From Lama glama (lineage: Eukaryota), in assembly GCA_028534125.1 (NCBI GenBank), contig CM052845.1, positions 24,428,001 through 24,492,000 of the forward strand: 64,000 nucleotides of DNA. The letters run 5' to 3'. Under the pieces are notes generated by a model, which ran no database searches, was not told the DNA's origin, and saw only the letters and a program-made list of their open reading frames with translations. Both the position numbers and the translations under genes were made by a program. Shown here in pieces: positions 50,268-61,815 of the stretch. Every line of letters starts with the position of its first letter. The stretch's first letter is position 1.

Positions 50268-50290
50268 CACACACACACACACACACACAC
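50268..50290 (+). repeat. (CA)11 microsatellite
   Basis: Direct reading. Confidence 0.95.
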
Positions 50291-52014
50291 TTACTCACAC
50301 TCGTTTTGCCCCGGGCACCGGCTGGCTGGGACCAGGGTGGCAGTGAGTGTGGGGTGGGGGTGGGCTGCTCTGTCCTGCTGCCTGCATGTGCCCACCCAGC
50401 TCTCCAGCACAGCGACAAGAGCCTCGGTCCACTCTGCGTCCTCCTTTGGCGACCTGGAGCTTCCAGGGAGCTGCCCTCCGGGACGGGTCTGGGCGCTGCG
50501 GGCCGGAATCCTCCCGGGGGGGCACATGTTCTGTGGGGACACACCTGCCCTGTGGCTCCCCCACCCTGGCCACTGTCGAGTCTCACCGCCCCCACGGATA
50601 AACGTGTTTACAAGCATCCGAGGAACAGACGAGGTCATGACACAAGGTGCCAAGAACAAAACAAACAAGTCCTCAAAGTCAAAGGGACACTTTTGTAAGC
50701 GGAACCATCTTCACACGGTTGAGAAAACATCACCATGGTTGTCATTTACCCAAGATGACGTTGAAGAAACACGATGAACACAAAGGAAGCATCCAGAACA
50801 CAACACATGACAGGATCTGTTGTCGAGGACAGAGGCGCCTGAGAGCAAAGACCCGAAACGCAGAAAGAGCTCACGGGAAGCGTGGGGACGGCCGAAGCCC
50901 CCAGTCAGAGTGGCTTCCTGGGAGGGAGGGGCTGGAGGTCTGCTGGTCACGTCTCAGTTTCTGGGAGGGAGGCAGGTCTACACGCGGGAAGAGGGGACCA
51001 CCAGGTTTCAGGTTGCGGAGGTGGAAGCGCGGCCGGGGTGGGGGCGGGTGGAGGAGGCAGCTGGGCGGGTGAGGAGAGCGGGGGTCACCCACTGAAGCCA
51101 GTGCCCTCGGACAGCTGTGGGCTGCACGGTCATTTTGCCTGGGGGCGCTGCTGTGGGGGTCCCCGGGCCCCTCTAAGGGCATGAGCGTAGCTCGGGCCCA
51201 GCAATCTCATGGGGAACTTCACCTGCTGACTGTGAACTGAGCGTTCTCCCCCCGCCCCATGTTCCATTATGCACTCTGGATTATGAACAAACAAGAGTGT
51301 TTGCCATCACCCTCAAGTGGCTGAGCGCCTGCAAGCGGGACGAGCCACTCCGCACAGACCGCGGATTCCCAGCCCCGTGCCAGCACCACGGCTGGCGCAC
51401 GCTCGCACCTGTGGGAGCCAGCGGTGCCCAGACCCCGCCCGGTCACAGCAGCCTCTCCCCGAGGGGCGACGAACCGCAGCCACGGATGACCGACCACAAC
51501 CGCCCACGAGCACGTGGCGTGGAATAAAGTCGCTTTAAGGGAACCCATTCTGCTCGTGGGGCGACCACGGTTCACTTGGTCCCAATCCTGTCAGACCATG
51601 GCATGGAGGAGACCAAGGACAGAGGCGGTGACAGTCAAGAGCCAAATGGCTCCTTTTTCTTGCTGTGCTAGAAAATACTCTCTCAGGAGAAACTGCATTT
51701 CACTCTACACAGACTCGTAATCTAGAAAAAAGTGACGATAAACGAATCAGGAAATGCAGACTCTTCAGGCACCTGTTAGCTGGGCGCCCACCGAATGAGG
51801 CGTTGCCGTGGGCGCTGGAGCACAGCCAAGGACCTGCTCTCCCCCGGAACTAACTTTCCAGCAGGAAGGAGGGAGAGCAAGCCGTACACCTCTTCTACTG
51901 CGTGTGTGTATTTGCAAGATGGGGTCACTTCTACAGGGCAAGCAGAGCCAGGCGCGGGGCCCGGCGCGCAGGATGATGCTGCGCGGAGATCGGGAGGCGG
52001 TCAGGGCGGCCCCT

Positions 52015-52480
52015 CACTTACTGTCCCCAGAGCCCTGCCCGCCCAGACTGTCACAGGGCTGGAACCAGTGTGTAGCCTTCTCAGACGGGCTGCCTTCACT
52101 GGGTCACGTGCACTGGGGTTCCTCGTGTCTTCTCGTGGCTTGAAGGCCCATTTGTTTTCGGTGCTGAGCAATACTCCACTGTCGGGCTGTAATCCAGTTT
52201 ATTTACCCACTTGCTTGTTGAAGGACATCTTGGTTGCTTCCAGCTTTCTTATGAATAAAGCTGCTGGAAACGTTATGTGTAGGCTTTTGTGTAGACGTAT
52301 TTTTTCAGCTCATTTGGGTAAATACCAAGAAGCGTGACTGCTGGATCACAGGGCAGGAGAGTGTTCAGTTTTGTAAGAAGCCGCCTAACTGTCTTCCAGA
52401 GCAGCCCCGCCGAGCCGCGTTCCCCCAGCAGGGGCGAGAGCTCCCACTCCTCCACGTCCTCGCAGCACTTGGTGGTGCTG
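52015..52480 (-). mobile_element. L1MC-type LINE-1 fragment (ORF2 C-terminus and start of 3' UTR)
   Basis: Minus-strand translation KCCEDVEEWELSPLL...LWKTVRRLLTKLNTLLPCDPAVTLLGIYPNELKKYVYTK matches the L1 ORF2 C-terminal motif LWKxVWRFL...PxDPAIPLLGIYP. DNA motif tgaaggacatcttggttgcttccag. Confidence 0.9.
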
Positions 52481-52499
52481 GGTGTGGGGTGTGGGGTGT

Positions 52500-53200
52500 G
52501 GCGGGCTTTTGAACATGTTAGGGCTGAGATGCCTGTTAGACATCTAAAGACTGCAGGAGACGAGAGTCGGGTTCTGGGGAGACACTTAAGGTGTGCGTAC
52601 CAATCAGAGAGTCGCCAAAAAACAGATGCACGTAAAGCCGGGAGGGGGAGGGGGTGACTTGGAAGATGAATACAAACTGGGAAGAGAGAGCTCGGTATCA
52701 AAACGTCCAGCAGCTGGAAAGATGAGGAGGAACTAAAAAGGGCAACTGAATAAGCAGCCAGTGAAGTAAGAGGAAAAGAGAGGGACAAAGAGAGAGACAC
52801 AGAGGAGAAGGGAGGGGGTGGGGGAGGTGTCCTGGGGCTGGAGACGCTGTTGGGGTGAGGGAGGACGTGGGGACACCAGCCGGGCCAGTTCCAGTCCCCG
52901 CTGAGGTTACAGAAGAATTCTTGTTGGTCAGTGAGGATGAAGGCCTAGGGGATGGCCCTCAGGGAGGGGGCGGATCCACGCCGATTCTTTGGAGGAAAGC
53001 GGAGAAACCGACCGCGGCTGGAAGCAGACACGGGATCGAGGGAGAAAGCTTCTCTCTGAAGGTGAGGGGCGCCCCCTGCTCGGGTGCTGGCGGAGACGGA
53101 GCAGCAGGGAGGAACAGGCCAGGGGTGCAGGGCAGGGCCCAGGGGGCAAGGGAACGGCCCTCACACGAGGAGGCCGGCTTCGGGGGGGTGTCCCTGGGGC
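52500..53200 (-). mobile_element. L2 LINE fragment
   Basis: ttttgaacatgttagggctgagatgcctgttagacatc and gaggaggaactaaaaagggcaactgaataagcagccagtgaagtaagaggaaaa match antisense L2. Confidence 0.7.
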
Positions 53201-55061
53201 AGGGGTGTGTGGGCGCAGAGGTGGTCCGGGACCCCGCGGATGGACTGCACGTGTGTCCTCAGTGCGTGGTGACCAGGAGACGCAGGGCCACCAGCTGAAA
53301 GGAAGGAGGAAGAGTCGGAGGTTTGCATCCACAAGAGAAGGTGCGAAAAATCAGCGGGCCAGGTTCTGTGAACGGCCGAGTTCTGCGAATGGCCTGGAAG
53401 AGTGGGCCACCCTGCCCGGGCGAGAAGTGTAGCACCAGCAGGGTGCACTCTGCCTGGTCACTCAGCTGCTGGGGCGGACACGGGGCGGTGGACACGGGGC
53501 GGCGGACACAGGGCAGCGGACAGTTACCCACGGCGGGGACCGTGCCCACGGGGTGAGCGCGTAGGAAGCATCCATCACAGGGACCGGGCTGACCAGGTCT
53601 GAGAGGCGAGGGGCACACGGAGGGGAGGGCCCTGAGGGCGGCGGTTTCCGTGGGTGGTGCCGGCAGCTGCTCCCCCGGGCCTGGCCCAGGGTCCGCTCAC
53701 ACCCAGACAGTCCCTGCCCTCAGGACTGGCCCCAGGCCTCCTGGAGCTCCGTACACACTCAACGATCACTGGCTGAACTGGATTTCCCCCAAATTTCAAA
53801 ACAGAACCTGCTAACTGAACACACACACGTATGCATGTGCACACACACAAAATGAAATACTTTTAGGAAGAAAGGAAAGAAATGTAAAATGTCAGAAATC
53901 ATTATATTTTGGTCTAAGATGACCCTCCCCAAAGAGATCTGGCCTAATCTACCCAACTAACAGAGCCCTGAATGGGGGCGTCCTTCTAAAACAAAAGCCA
54001 CTTAGGCTCAGCGGGCAAAGGGCTTTGAGACAAACATCCCGTCATCCTTCTGTGATTAGTTGAGAGTTTGCTTCTTTCATAAGAGAATTTGGGAAGTTGA
54101 AATCACCTATAAAGATGGACTAGAAGAACCTTCATTTCTCCCCCCAGTGCGGAGTTTTCTCAGTCTCCCAACTGCTCCGCGGCTGGCCGGGCTCGCTCTG
54201 GGCGCAGACTGTCATCCAGCTCCGTCATGTCCCCATGGGCGTACTCTGTCCTCCTTCTCTCTCGGGGTTGTCCTCCGTCTTCTGGTTGCACATTCAGCCA
54301 GGTCACCATAACTACTGTCCACGTGACCCCCCTCAGGACACAACCGTGTGCCTGGCGTTAGCTGTCCTGGGCTGAGAGGCACCTTTCCTGCGAACCCCAC
54401 AGCGTCGCCTCCTCGGGGAGCTAACCTTGCAGATAATCAGACATTTTGCTCTTTGTTACACTCGGTTTCCCGAAAGCCTCCAGCACATTCCTCAGCCTGA
54501 GAACAAATCACTGACGTCTCAGGGCAAATCTCTTCTCTGCATTTCTCAGCAGCACAGGTCTGGAACGGGAAAATCCAAATGTGTAAGCAGGTTCTGGCAC
54601 TTCCACTGCACCTTCCATCATTGCGGGGCGTTCACCTTGAGGTCGTCTTTACTAACGGTTTTTAAGACAATGAATAATACTGATTGTTGAATTGAGGAGG
54701 AAAATGTGTTAATTGTGGAAGATTATCAGAACGGAAGTGCTCTCGCACTCACGCGTGAAATCTGAGAGGCTCCGTCCCGTCCTGTGTAGACATGGTCCAG
54801 CCCATCTGCACCGTTCGGTTCTGTGCCACCTGGCGCCCCTCAGACGACAGACTCCCGTCACTACCGTGTCACCTGAGGGAGGGCAGCTAGACTGATGGAA
54901 ACTGGAGGCTGGATTTGTTTACAAGTTTGCAACTTTAGGAACCAAACAGCGTTCTTTAAAATCTTACATCCATGCAAATAGGCATAAATATAGAAAGTAT
55001 CGCCCTCAAAAAGAAAAAAAAACTATAAAAAAATTACCCTGTAAAGAATGCACCTCGTCAC

Positions 55062-55215
55062 CAGGACTGTGATTTGCAGGACCCAGCGCACAGTGAAAAT
55101 GCAGTCCCTTTGCTCAAAAATTACTAAGAATTTCAAACAGTAACCACAGAGCATTAAACCAAGTGGGGCCCTCCTCAGCGCTGGGCCCTTCGCTCCAGTG
55201 GAGGCCAAGTGCCTC
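55062..55215 (-). mobile_element. MER45A-like non-autonomous hAT (Tip100) DNA transposon
   Basis: gtgaaaatgcagtccctttgctcaaaaattactaagaatttcaa...cagagcattaaaccaagtggggccc closely matches the remembered antisense MER45A. Confidence 0.8.
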
Positions 55216-55865
55216 GGACCCGCGTCCGGGGGGAGAGGCCGCCCCAGCAGCACACGGCATCACGCCAAGACGCGAGCTTCCCCGCGTGGGCGGTCTTCAC
55301 TCCAGACTGTCAAGCCAGAAGCCTTCAGGCTGGTCAGAGGCAAATTCTGTCACTCTACTGACTAAAATGATACAGCGTGTTACTCATTCTAACATTTGCC
55401 CAAGAGCAACGGACAGAGGGCTTTCAAATGGGGCCCCAGCGCGTTTCCACTGGAAGCCAGTGACCGTCAGCTGGTCGTCTTCCCACAGTCAGGGAACGAT
55501 TTTCTTTCACTTCACGCAAGAGCACGGGAGTCCCTCCGGAAGCCAAGTGGTTGTTCTTCTGTTTGCATGATATAAACAATTTGCACTGAAACTGTCTGCA
55601 GTCACGGGTTACAGCTACCTTGTAAACACACTCACTCAAGCTCCTCGCTGTGTCTTTTTGTTTTCTACGCTCTTTACTGATAAATTTGCTTTGCCCCAAG
55701 GCATCATACAGAAGTCGTTCAATTTTAGCATATGTCTGGTTTGGGTTTTACCTACCAGGATTTCCTGAAATACACTTCCAGATTTTTCTTCCCCAGTATT
55801 GCTTTATGTTCTGGGACGTGGTTGGCCATCATTGTAGCCTGTGTCTGTAGCCAACAGCTCCTAGC

Positions 55866-56165
55866 TGCCGTGGACCGAACGTCTGTGTCCTCACTCCCCA
55901 GACCCAGGTGGCGGTGCTGGGTTGGGGCGGCACGGGAAGCGATGAGGTCACGAGGGGGGGCCCATGAATGGATTAGTGCCCTCGTAAGGGAGACCCCAGA
56001 GAGCCCCAGCTCCTCCTCCACGTGAGGAGGGAACTGGGAAGACTAACAGACTCCACACCTGCCGGGGCCTCGACCTCAGGCCTCCTGTTCCCAGACCCGT
56101 GAGAACGTCCCCGTTGTCTACAAGCCTCTGGCTCTGTAGGAGGGACTGGCAGCCGTGTCTGATGA
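55866..56165 (+). mobile_element. MaLR solo LTR (MLT1A-like), internally deleted
   Basis: tgccgtggaccgaacgtctgtgtcc...catgaatggattagtgccctcgtaagggagaccccagagagc...gtgagaa...ttgtctacaagcc. Confidence 0.85.
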
Positions 56166-58799
56166 TTGTTCACTTTTCTCTCTGAGTCAACAGACCATCA
56201 TCCCCAGTTAAGGCCTAGGTTTGCTGCTGGACCTCACGACGCCTGGGGGCACCTACAGGGAGAACAGGTGTCTGTCCCCCTCGTGTGCACGGTGGGCAGA
56301 GGGGAGTGTCCGCTGTGTCCCCGACGGCTGGACGATGGTGCTGCTGCGATGACCCAATCGACCCCTGGCCCCCAGCCGGCCTTGGGCAGACCGGAGCCCG
56401 GCAAGGCACCGTCCGTATGAAAACGGCCTTTCCCGGCGCCTGAGGACCAGTTCTGTTGAACGCTCTCCTTGTCTCGTCCTCTACTGCACTTATTTACTCC
56501 CTGCAAATAGCTACGATTTCCAAGAAGGTCAAGCTCGCCTTCCCTGGGTCAGCGTTTCGCAAACAACAAGGCAGTGATAACCAAGGGACCATGTGTCACA
56601 AAACTGACTGATGAGACGAGGGCCTGCAGACAGCGACTCGGGCGAAACGGGGATTCCACACGAGACACAGCCTCACGGCGGAAACGAAGTTTCGTGCGTC
56701 TCCACTGTCCCATCAGGGACAAGACACCCACGTGCGTGTGACCAAGGAAATACAAACTGTACCATTTCAACAACCTGCACGTGCGTTCAACGCTCTCTCA
56801 TTTTTATTTAGAACCAGCATTGCACCACGTGAAGACAGATGGTCAAACTCGTGCAGGCAACAGACCGCAGGACACAGCAAAGCCTGAATCTGCAGTACAT
56901 TTAAGGGCACTTTTTCCTGCTTATTGAACAAACGGCCCGCGGTCTCCGTTTGGCACCAGCCCTGCAGGTTAGGGGGCAGGAGCTCACGCTCTCTCGGCCT
57001 TAACAGCTTAGGGCCAAGGACGATGATAAGCTTGTGACTTAAACTGAGAGTCGCAGGAAGTGGCAGGTGGGCTTCCATGGTGGGAGATGAGCTAAGTCTG
57101 TGGGGTTCCTGTCCACCTGTCCTTGGGGACACTGAGCGAGCCCTGCCTGTGGCTCCTCTCTGAGCACATGTGTCTTCCTGGTCCATTCAGGGAGAGATCC
57201 GGCTGCATTCCAAGCACAGAAGAGAAGTGGTAATGAGGCTTAATTTGGGCTGAGCAACTGGTTTATGCAGATGAAGTCTGCGCAGAAATGAGCTCACCAA
57301 GTGCCCCGAATCTGAGCCGATGAAGGTCACGAGCTCAACGATGTGCCTGGCGGGCAGGGCTGCCTCGGGGCAGGTCACGGGGTCAGAGCACGTCCACCGC
57401 TGGGGGCCTGGGGCCGGACCGGCTGTGTCTGCGAGCCGTGGGGACCCTGCCTTGGCTGAGGCGTCCCGTCCCTGCTCTTTGACAAGGAAGCGGGCCAGCT
57501 CCTTGCATCCCTGCCGTCGAGGGAAGTTTGCTTTAGGTATTACCGTTCCCATTTCTCTCTTGACTGGTATTTTAAGGAAAACAGACCGGAAAGGGAACTC
57601 CACCTGCCCAAGTGTCTTAAGCGTATCAATTCTCAGTAATTAAAGCGTTGATAAAAGGCTACAACACCGCAGCCAAGTAAGCAGGGTTAATCCCCGTGAG
57701 GAGGAATTTATGGTAGGACAACTCTGTTTCCCACATCGTAACGTGAAAAAGAAAACTTTCATGGAAAACGTGTGTGATATTGTGCCTTAAACAACGTACA
57801 CTCGGAGCAACGTTAGTGCCTTAGGGTGGAATCAGAAGAGCGCCTTGCTGTGAACACTGACACCCGCAGACAGAACGCCGCGGCTTAGTTACAGTGACGG
57901 GCACCAACGCCACACCAGCTCTAAAAGGGCGGCTGTGACACCAACCCGGTCCGCTCACAGCTTTGTAGACTCGAAGCGGGGCTGAGTTTGCAGGCAGCGC
58001 AAACGGGCAGGGAGAGCATGGACACGCGGCCCGGGACCGGGAACTCCGACGTCGTGGAATTACAAAGAGACGTCGCCAGGGGCCCAGACGGTGGTCTGTC
58101 CCGACTTGGAAAGGGGAAACCAAGGCTCAGATGCCGTGTAACAGAAACAGTGCTTTCAAAATGCAGAGACAGGAGACGCGCCCCCCACCCCGTCCTCACA
58201 GCTGCCTCACCTGACGGGGCTCGAGCCCCCCAGACCAGGTGCCACGTCCGTCTCTCCCGCTGGGGGTCGTGGCAGGCACGCATGTCAGTCGGCAAACAGA
58301 ACTGAATCCAGGCAGAGGATCGGCAAGCTCTCCACTCAGCTGAAACCTGTGAGTCCTGGAGTGACAGCCGGGTGCTGGGGAAGGAGGCGGCGTGCACACC
58401 TCAAGCAAGGAACCAAGGAATGTGGTCCCCGCGGAGTCTGTGCTACGGACCACACGACAGGGAACAACAGCCACGTGAGCTGTTCCAGGGGTCACCGCAG
58501 CCACCTGATGGCTGAGCAGAGGCAAACCCTGGTTTCACGGACAAGTCTGTGACCATGCCAGAAAACGGGACCCTCAAGACAACGGTCGGTGATGACATCA
58601 GGGTGACATGAAACACCCTGCGGGAGTCGCCTGCCTGGAGGTGAGGACGCCGCCCGTGGGGACGGGATGGAGACACACGCACTCCCGTGCGTGCGGTGAC
58701 CCAGACCCGAAAGCCAGCGCTGGCTGCACCCTCGGCCATGGGGGATGCGGCAGTGCCCCCGGCTGCTTGAGGAGAGCCTAAAAGACTTTCGGCTTAATT

Positions 58800-58930
58800 T
58801 AACACAGTCAGTCCTTGCTAAGCACTGTCCTTTGGGGCGTGGAGGGGGAAACAGTGAACTTAAAAACAAAAACCCTGCCTTCAGTGAGTTCAACAGTCTA
58901 GAACGTGAAGCCACAGTGAACAGTAACTAT
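58800..58930 (-). mobile_element. L2 3'-end fragment
   Basis: aagcactgtcct...acagtgaacttaaaaacaaaaaccctgccttcagtgagttcaacagtctag. Confidence 0.65.
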
Positions 58931-60414
58931 CGTCCCACACCGCTTCAGGACGCGCACAAGTCCACAAACGGCGGAGGGCTGCACGGGCGGGTTACTCGCC
59001 TGTCAGGGAAGGTCCTGATGTGGGGACACGCCCCCCGCTTTCTGTGAAGAAAAGCAGCTTCCCGGGGAGAAAATGCGGGGAGGTGACTTCAGGCGGAAGG
59101 ACCGGCGCGTGCCAAGCCACGGGGCACCAAGCGCAGGCCGTCCGTCCCGGGCAGGTTCCTTTACCGCTAAGTGTCCTGACCAGCCTCAGCGGTGTTTATC
59201 CTGGTAAAAAAACGCGTATTTTCAGTTTGGCCTTTCAACTTTTTTCATCACGCTGGGCTGTCAACTGGAATTAAATTTTGTAAGATATGAAACACTCTGA
59301 ACTTCTGTTACATTATGGACACATGAAATGTCTCATGGCTAGAAACTGACTGCATTCAATGCTCGCCCGACATGAAGTCCGGTGTCGGCCCCGGTCCACC
59401 GCTCCCTGCCCCCTCTGCTGACCTGCAGCCTGTTCCCGAGACGGGCCCCTCAGGGAGCTGGGCAGCTGCACACGCTAACTTAGAGAATCAGACCGCAGTT
59501 CGCGGCTTGTGCTGAGCCCTCCGCGGTGCGGTAAGATTGGAACGGCTGCACTCACTGTGCTCTTCTGCCTAGTTACTGCGTCTAAGGGAGCTGCTTCTAT
59601 AAACAGAGAGCAAAAGCGCTCCTGCCACCAGAGCCCGAGGCGTCGCCAAGCACAGCTAATGAGGCTCTCCTCCCCCAGAGCCCGAAGCCGGGGAGCCGCT
59701 CAGTCTGGGCTCTACAGACAAGGAGCGCCAGCGAAACGCACTGGGGTTACGTGTGTTTTCAACCAGCCTGAAAAGTACCGTGCAGTTCTTCTTACACAAG
59801 AGCCGGACATGCCAGGGGGTGACATCCACGGACTGCGCGTGGTGGCTGGGGGCCGGCGAGGGGTCCCCACTAACTGCCCACAACGCTGGGTGTCCCCAGC
59901 TCCGCTGGGGCAAGGGGATGGACCGGGGAGAGCTGGGGCGGCAGGACCAGGGGAGAGCCGGGGCGGCAGGACCAGGGGGAGCTGGGGCGGCCTCCCCGCA
60001 CAGGGTGGGGAGCCCAGGTGTGCAGGGCAGCTCTTCCTCGCAGAGGAGGGAGAGAGGCAGGTGCAGTCACTTCCACGAGAGGACGTGACAGAGGGACCTG
60101 GGATGCAGGGAGAGTCGGGTTCCGGAGAATGAGCAAACAGCGAGGCCGGCGGCTCTGCAGTGCCTGCCTGTCCTCGCACCTCCACCACTCACCACTCCCT
60201 ACTTTCCCGACATCTCACAGCCCCCCGGGGCCACGCCTTCCTGCACCATGTCCACCCGGACTGATCTGACTTAGTCCCATCTGCAAGGTGAGGCCCCCGG
60301 GCAGTCATTCCCGGTCCTGGCTGCTATCATTAGCGGCCTCCTTGATGCCTCCGCTGGGGTCTCAGTGCCCTCGGGCGGCTCAGAGAACCGGTGAGCTTCA
60401 CTGCAAACCTGCGT

Positions 60415-60483
60415 CCTCAGTAAATGACAGCGCTATTATCAAACCACTCAGATGCTCGGCTCAAAAGTGAATCAGTCACCTTT
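60415..60483 (+). mobile_element. L2 LINE, left part, interrupted by the LTR
   Basis: ctcagtaaatgacagc...ccactcagatgctcggctcaaaa...agtcaccttt joins colinearly with the sequence after the LTR. Confidence 0.6.
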
Positions 60484-61136
60484 TGTTAGAGCAGCAGAGA
60501 GCTAGACGTGAGCAGAGAAAGGGGGACACAGACCACATGGCAGGAACTGGGCAGAAAGGAGGGGCACAGGCCAAATGCAGGAAATCACACGTCACGTGAG
60601 CACCAGGGGTCCCTGGGCATAGAGAGAAAAGCTGGAACCTCTGGGCTGATAAAGGATCACGCTCTTGGGGGTGACAAGTGGCCTGGAGACAAAGAAAGGT
60701 GAGAAAAGGCAGGAGTTTCCAGTGTCCGAATGTAACCTTTTGCTCATTATGCCCTCATTTCAATAAAATCAGCCTTGCAGACCAGAAGTCCCCATCATTC
60801 ACCGACGCCAGGACACCTCCCATCCAGACTAAATAAGGACAAAAATCCCTCCTCCCTTTGGGAAGGTGCAGCTGGGATGATAATCAGGGAATACGACCCC
60901 AAGCCCTTCCCTCCCCAGTGAATATTTCGCCCATTCATTTTCTCACCCTATGTAACCAACTTGCCAAAGAAACTCAGGGCAGCTGCTCCCCTGAGCCAGC
61001 CCGCTCTTCCCTTCAGAGTGTACCATCCATCCCTTAATAAATCCTCACTTAACTTTTTTAACCGCTACGTCTTGTCTCTGAATTCTTTCTGGGACGGGAC
61101 AGGAACCTGGAACACTGGTTGCACCCACAGGCAACA
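60484..61136 (+). mobile_element. Full-length solo ERV1-class LTR (653 bp)
   Basis: Termini TGTT...AACA. 4-bp TSD CTTT at 60480-60483 and 61137-61140. AATAAA at 61036-61041 followed by U5-like tgtctctgaattctttct. TATA-like TATGTAA at 60949-60955. Confidence 0.92.
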
Positions 61137-61815
61137 CTTTGATCTTGCTTCTGCCACCTCACAATAAATCCAACAGGAAGTAGTACTACATCTTTGCCTC
61201 CAAAGTGTCCAGCATGCAAACACTTCTGAACGTGGCCTCCAGAGCCCAGGCCACAGCATCTCTTGTCTTGGAGCCAAAGCCTCTGGTTTGTGCCCCCCCG
61301 TGGGGGCGGAGCCCGGGGGCCCTGCCGTGTGACCAGCACCGGCACCACCACCACCGGCGTCCACCCTCGTTCAGAGTCCAAGTCACCCACAGCAGGCTCT
61401 GGAAGGCCCTCCTGTGCGCCTCGCCCCTTCCTCGGCCAACTGCTCTGGCTCCCACCTGGCCACGCCATGCCAGCAGCACTGGCCTGGGCCTCCTTACGGC
61501 CCAGATTCCCCTCCCGTTCCTGGTTTCTGACACTTGATGTTCCACTGCCTGGGTGTCCTTCCTCTGAAGCTCCCCAGGCCCTGCTGCTTCCTGCCCTTCC
61601 GACGTCTCCCCGAAGGTCAGTTCCTCGAGACGCCTTACTCCCGATCTGAGAACCCCACCCCCTTCCACAAGCGCTCAATTCTCTGATCCCATCACAATGG
61701 ATGTTGCTTGTGGACAGGACAGCGCACTGCGTGCCCACCTTCCCAGCAGAATGCAAGCTCCTGCAGTCAGCAAGCCTGCCTCTTTTTTTACTGCTCTGCT
61801 CCTGTAATGAATGAG
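61137..61815 (+). mobile_element. L2 LINE, right part to 3' end
   Basis: ctttgatc...aatccaacaggaagt...cctccaaa, agaatgcaagctcc, tactgctctgctcc and terminal aatgaatga. Confidence 0.65.

Noticed and set aside
52273-52800. 175-aa ORF as a gene
   Set aside because: It is a chimeric read-through of an L2 fragment into a dead L1 ORF2 remnant.
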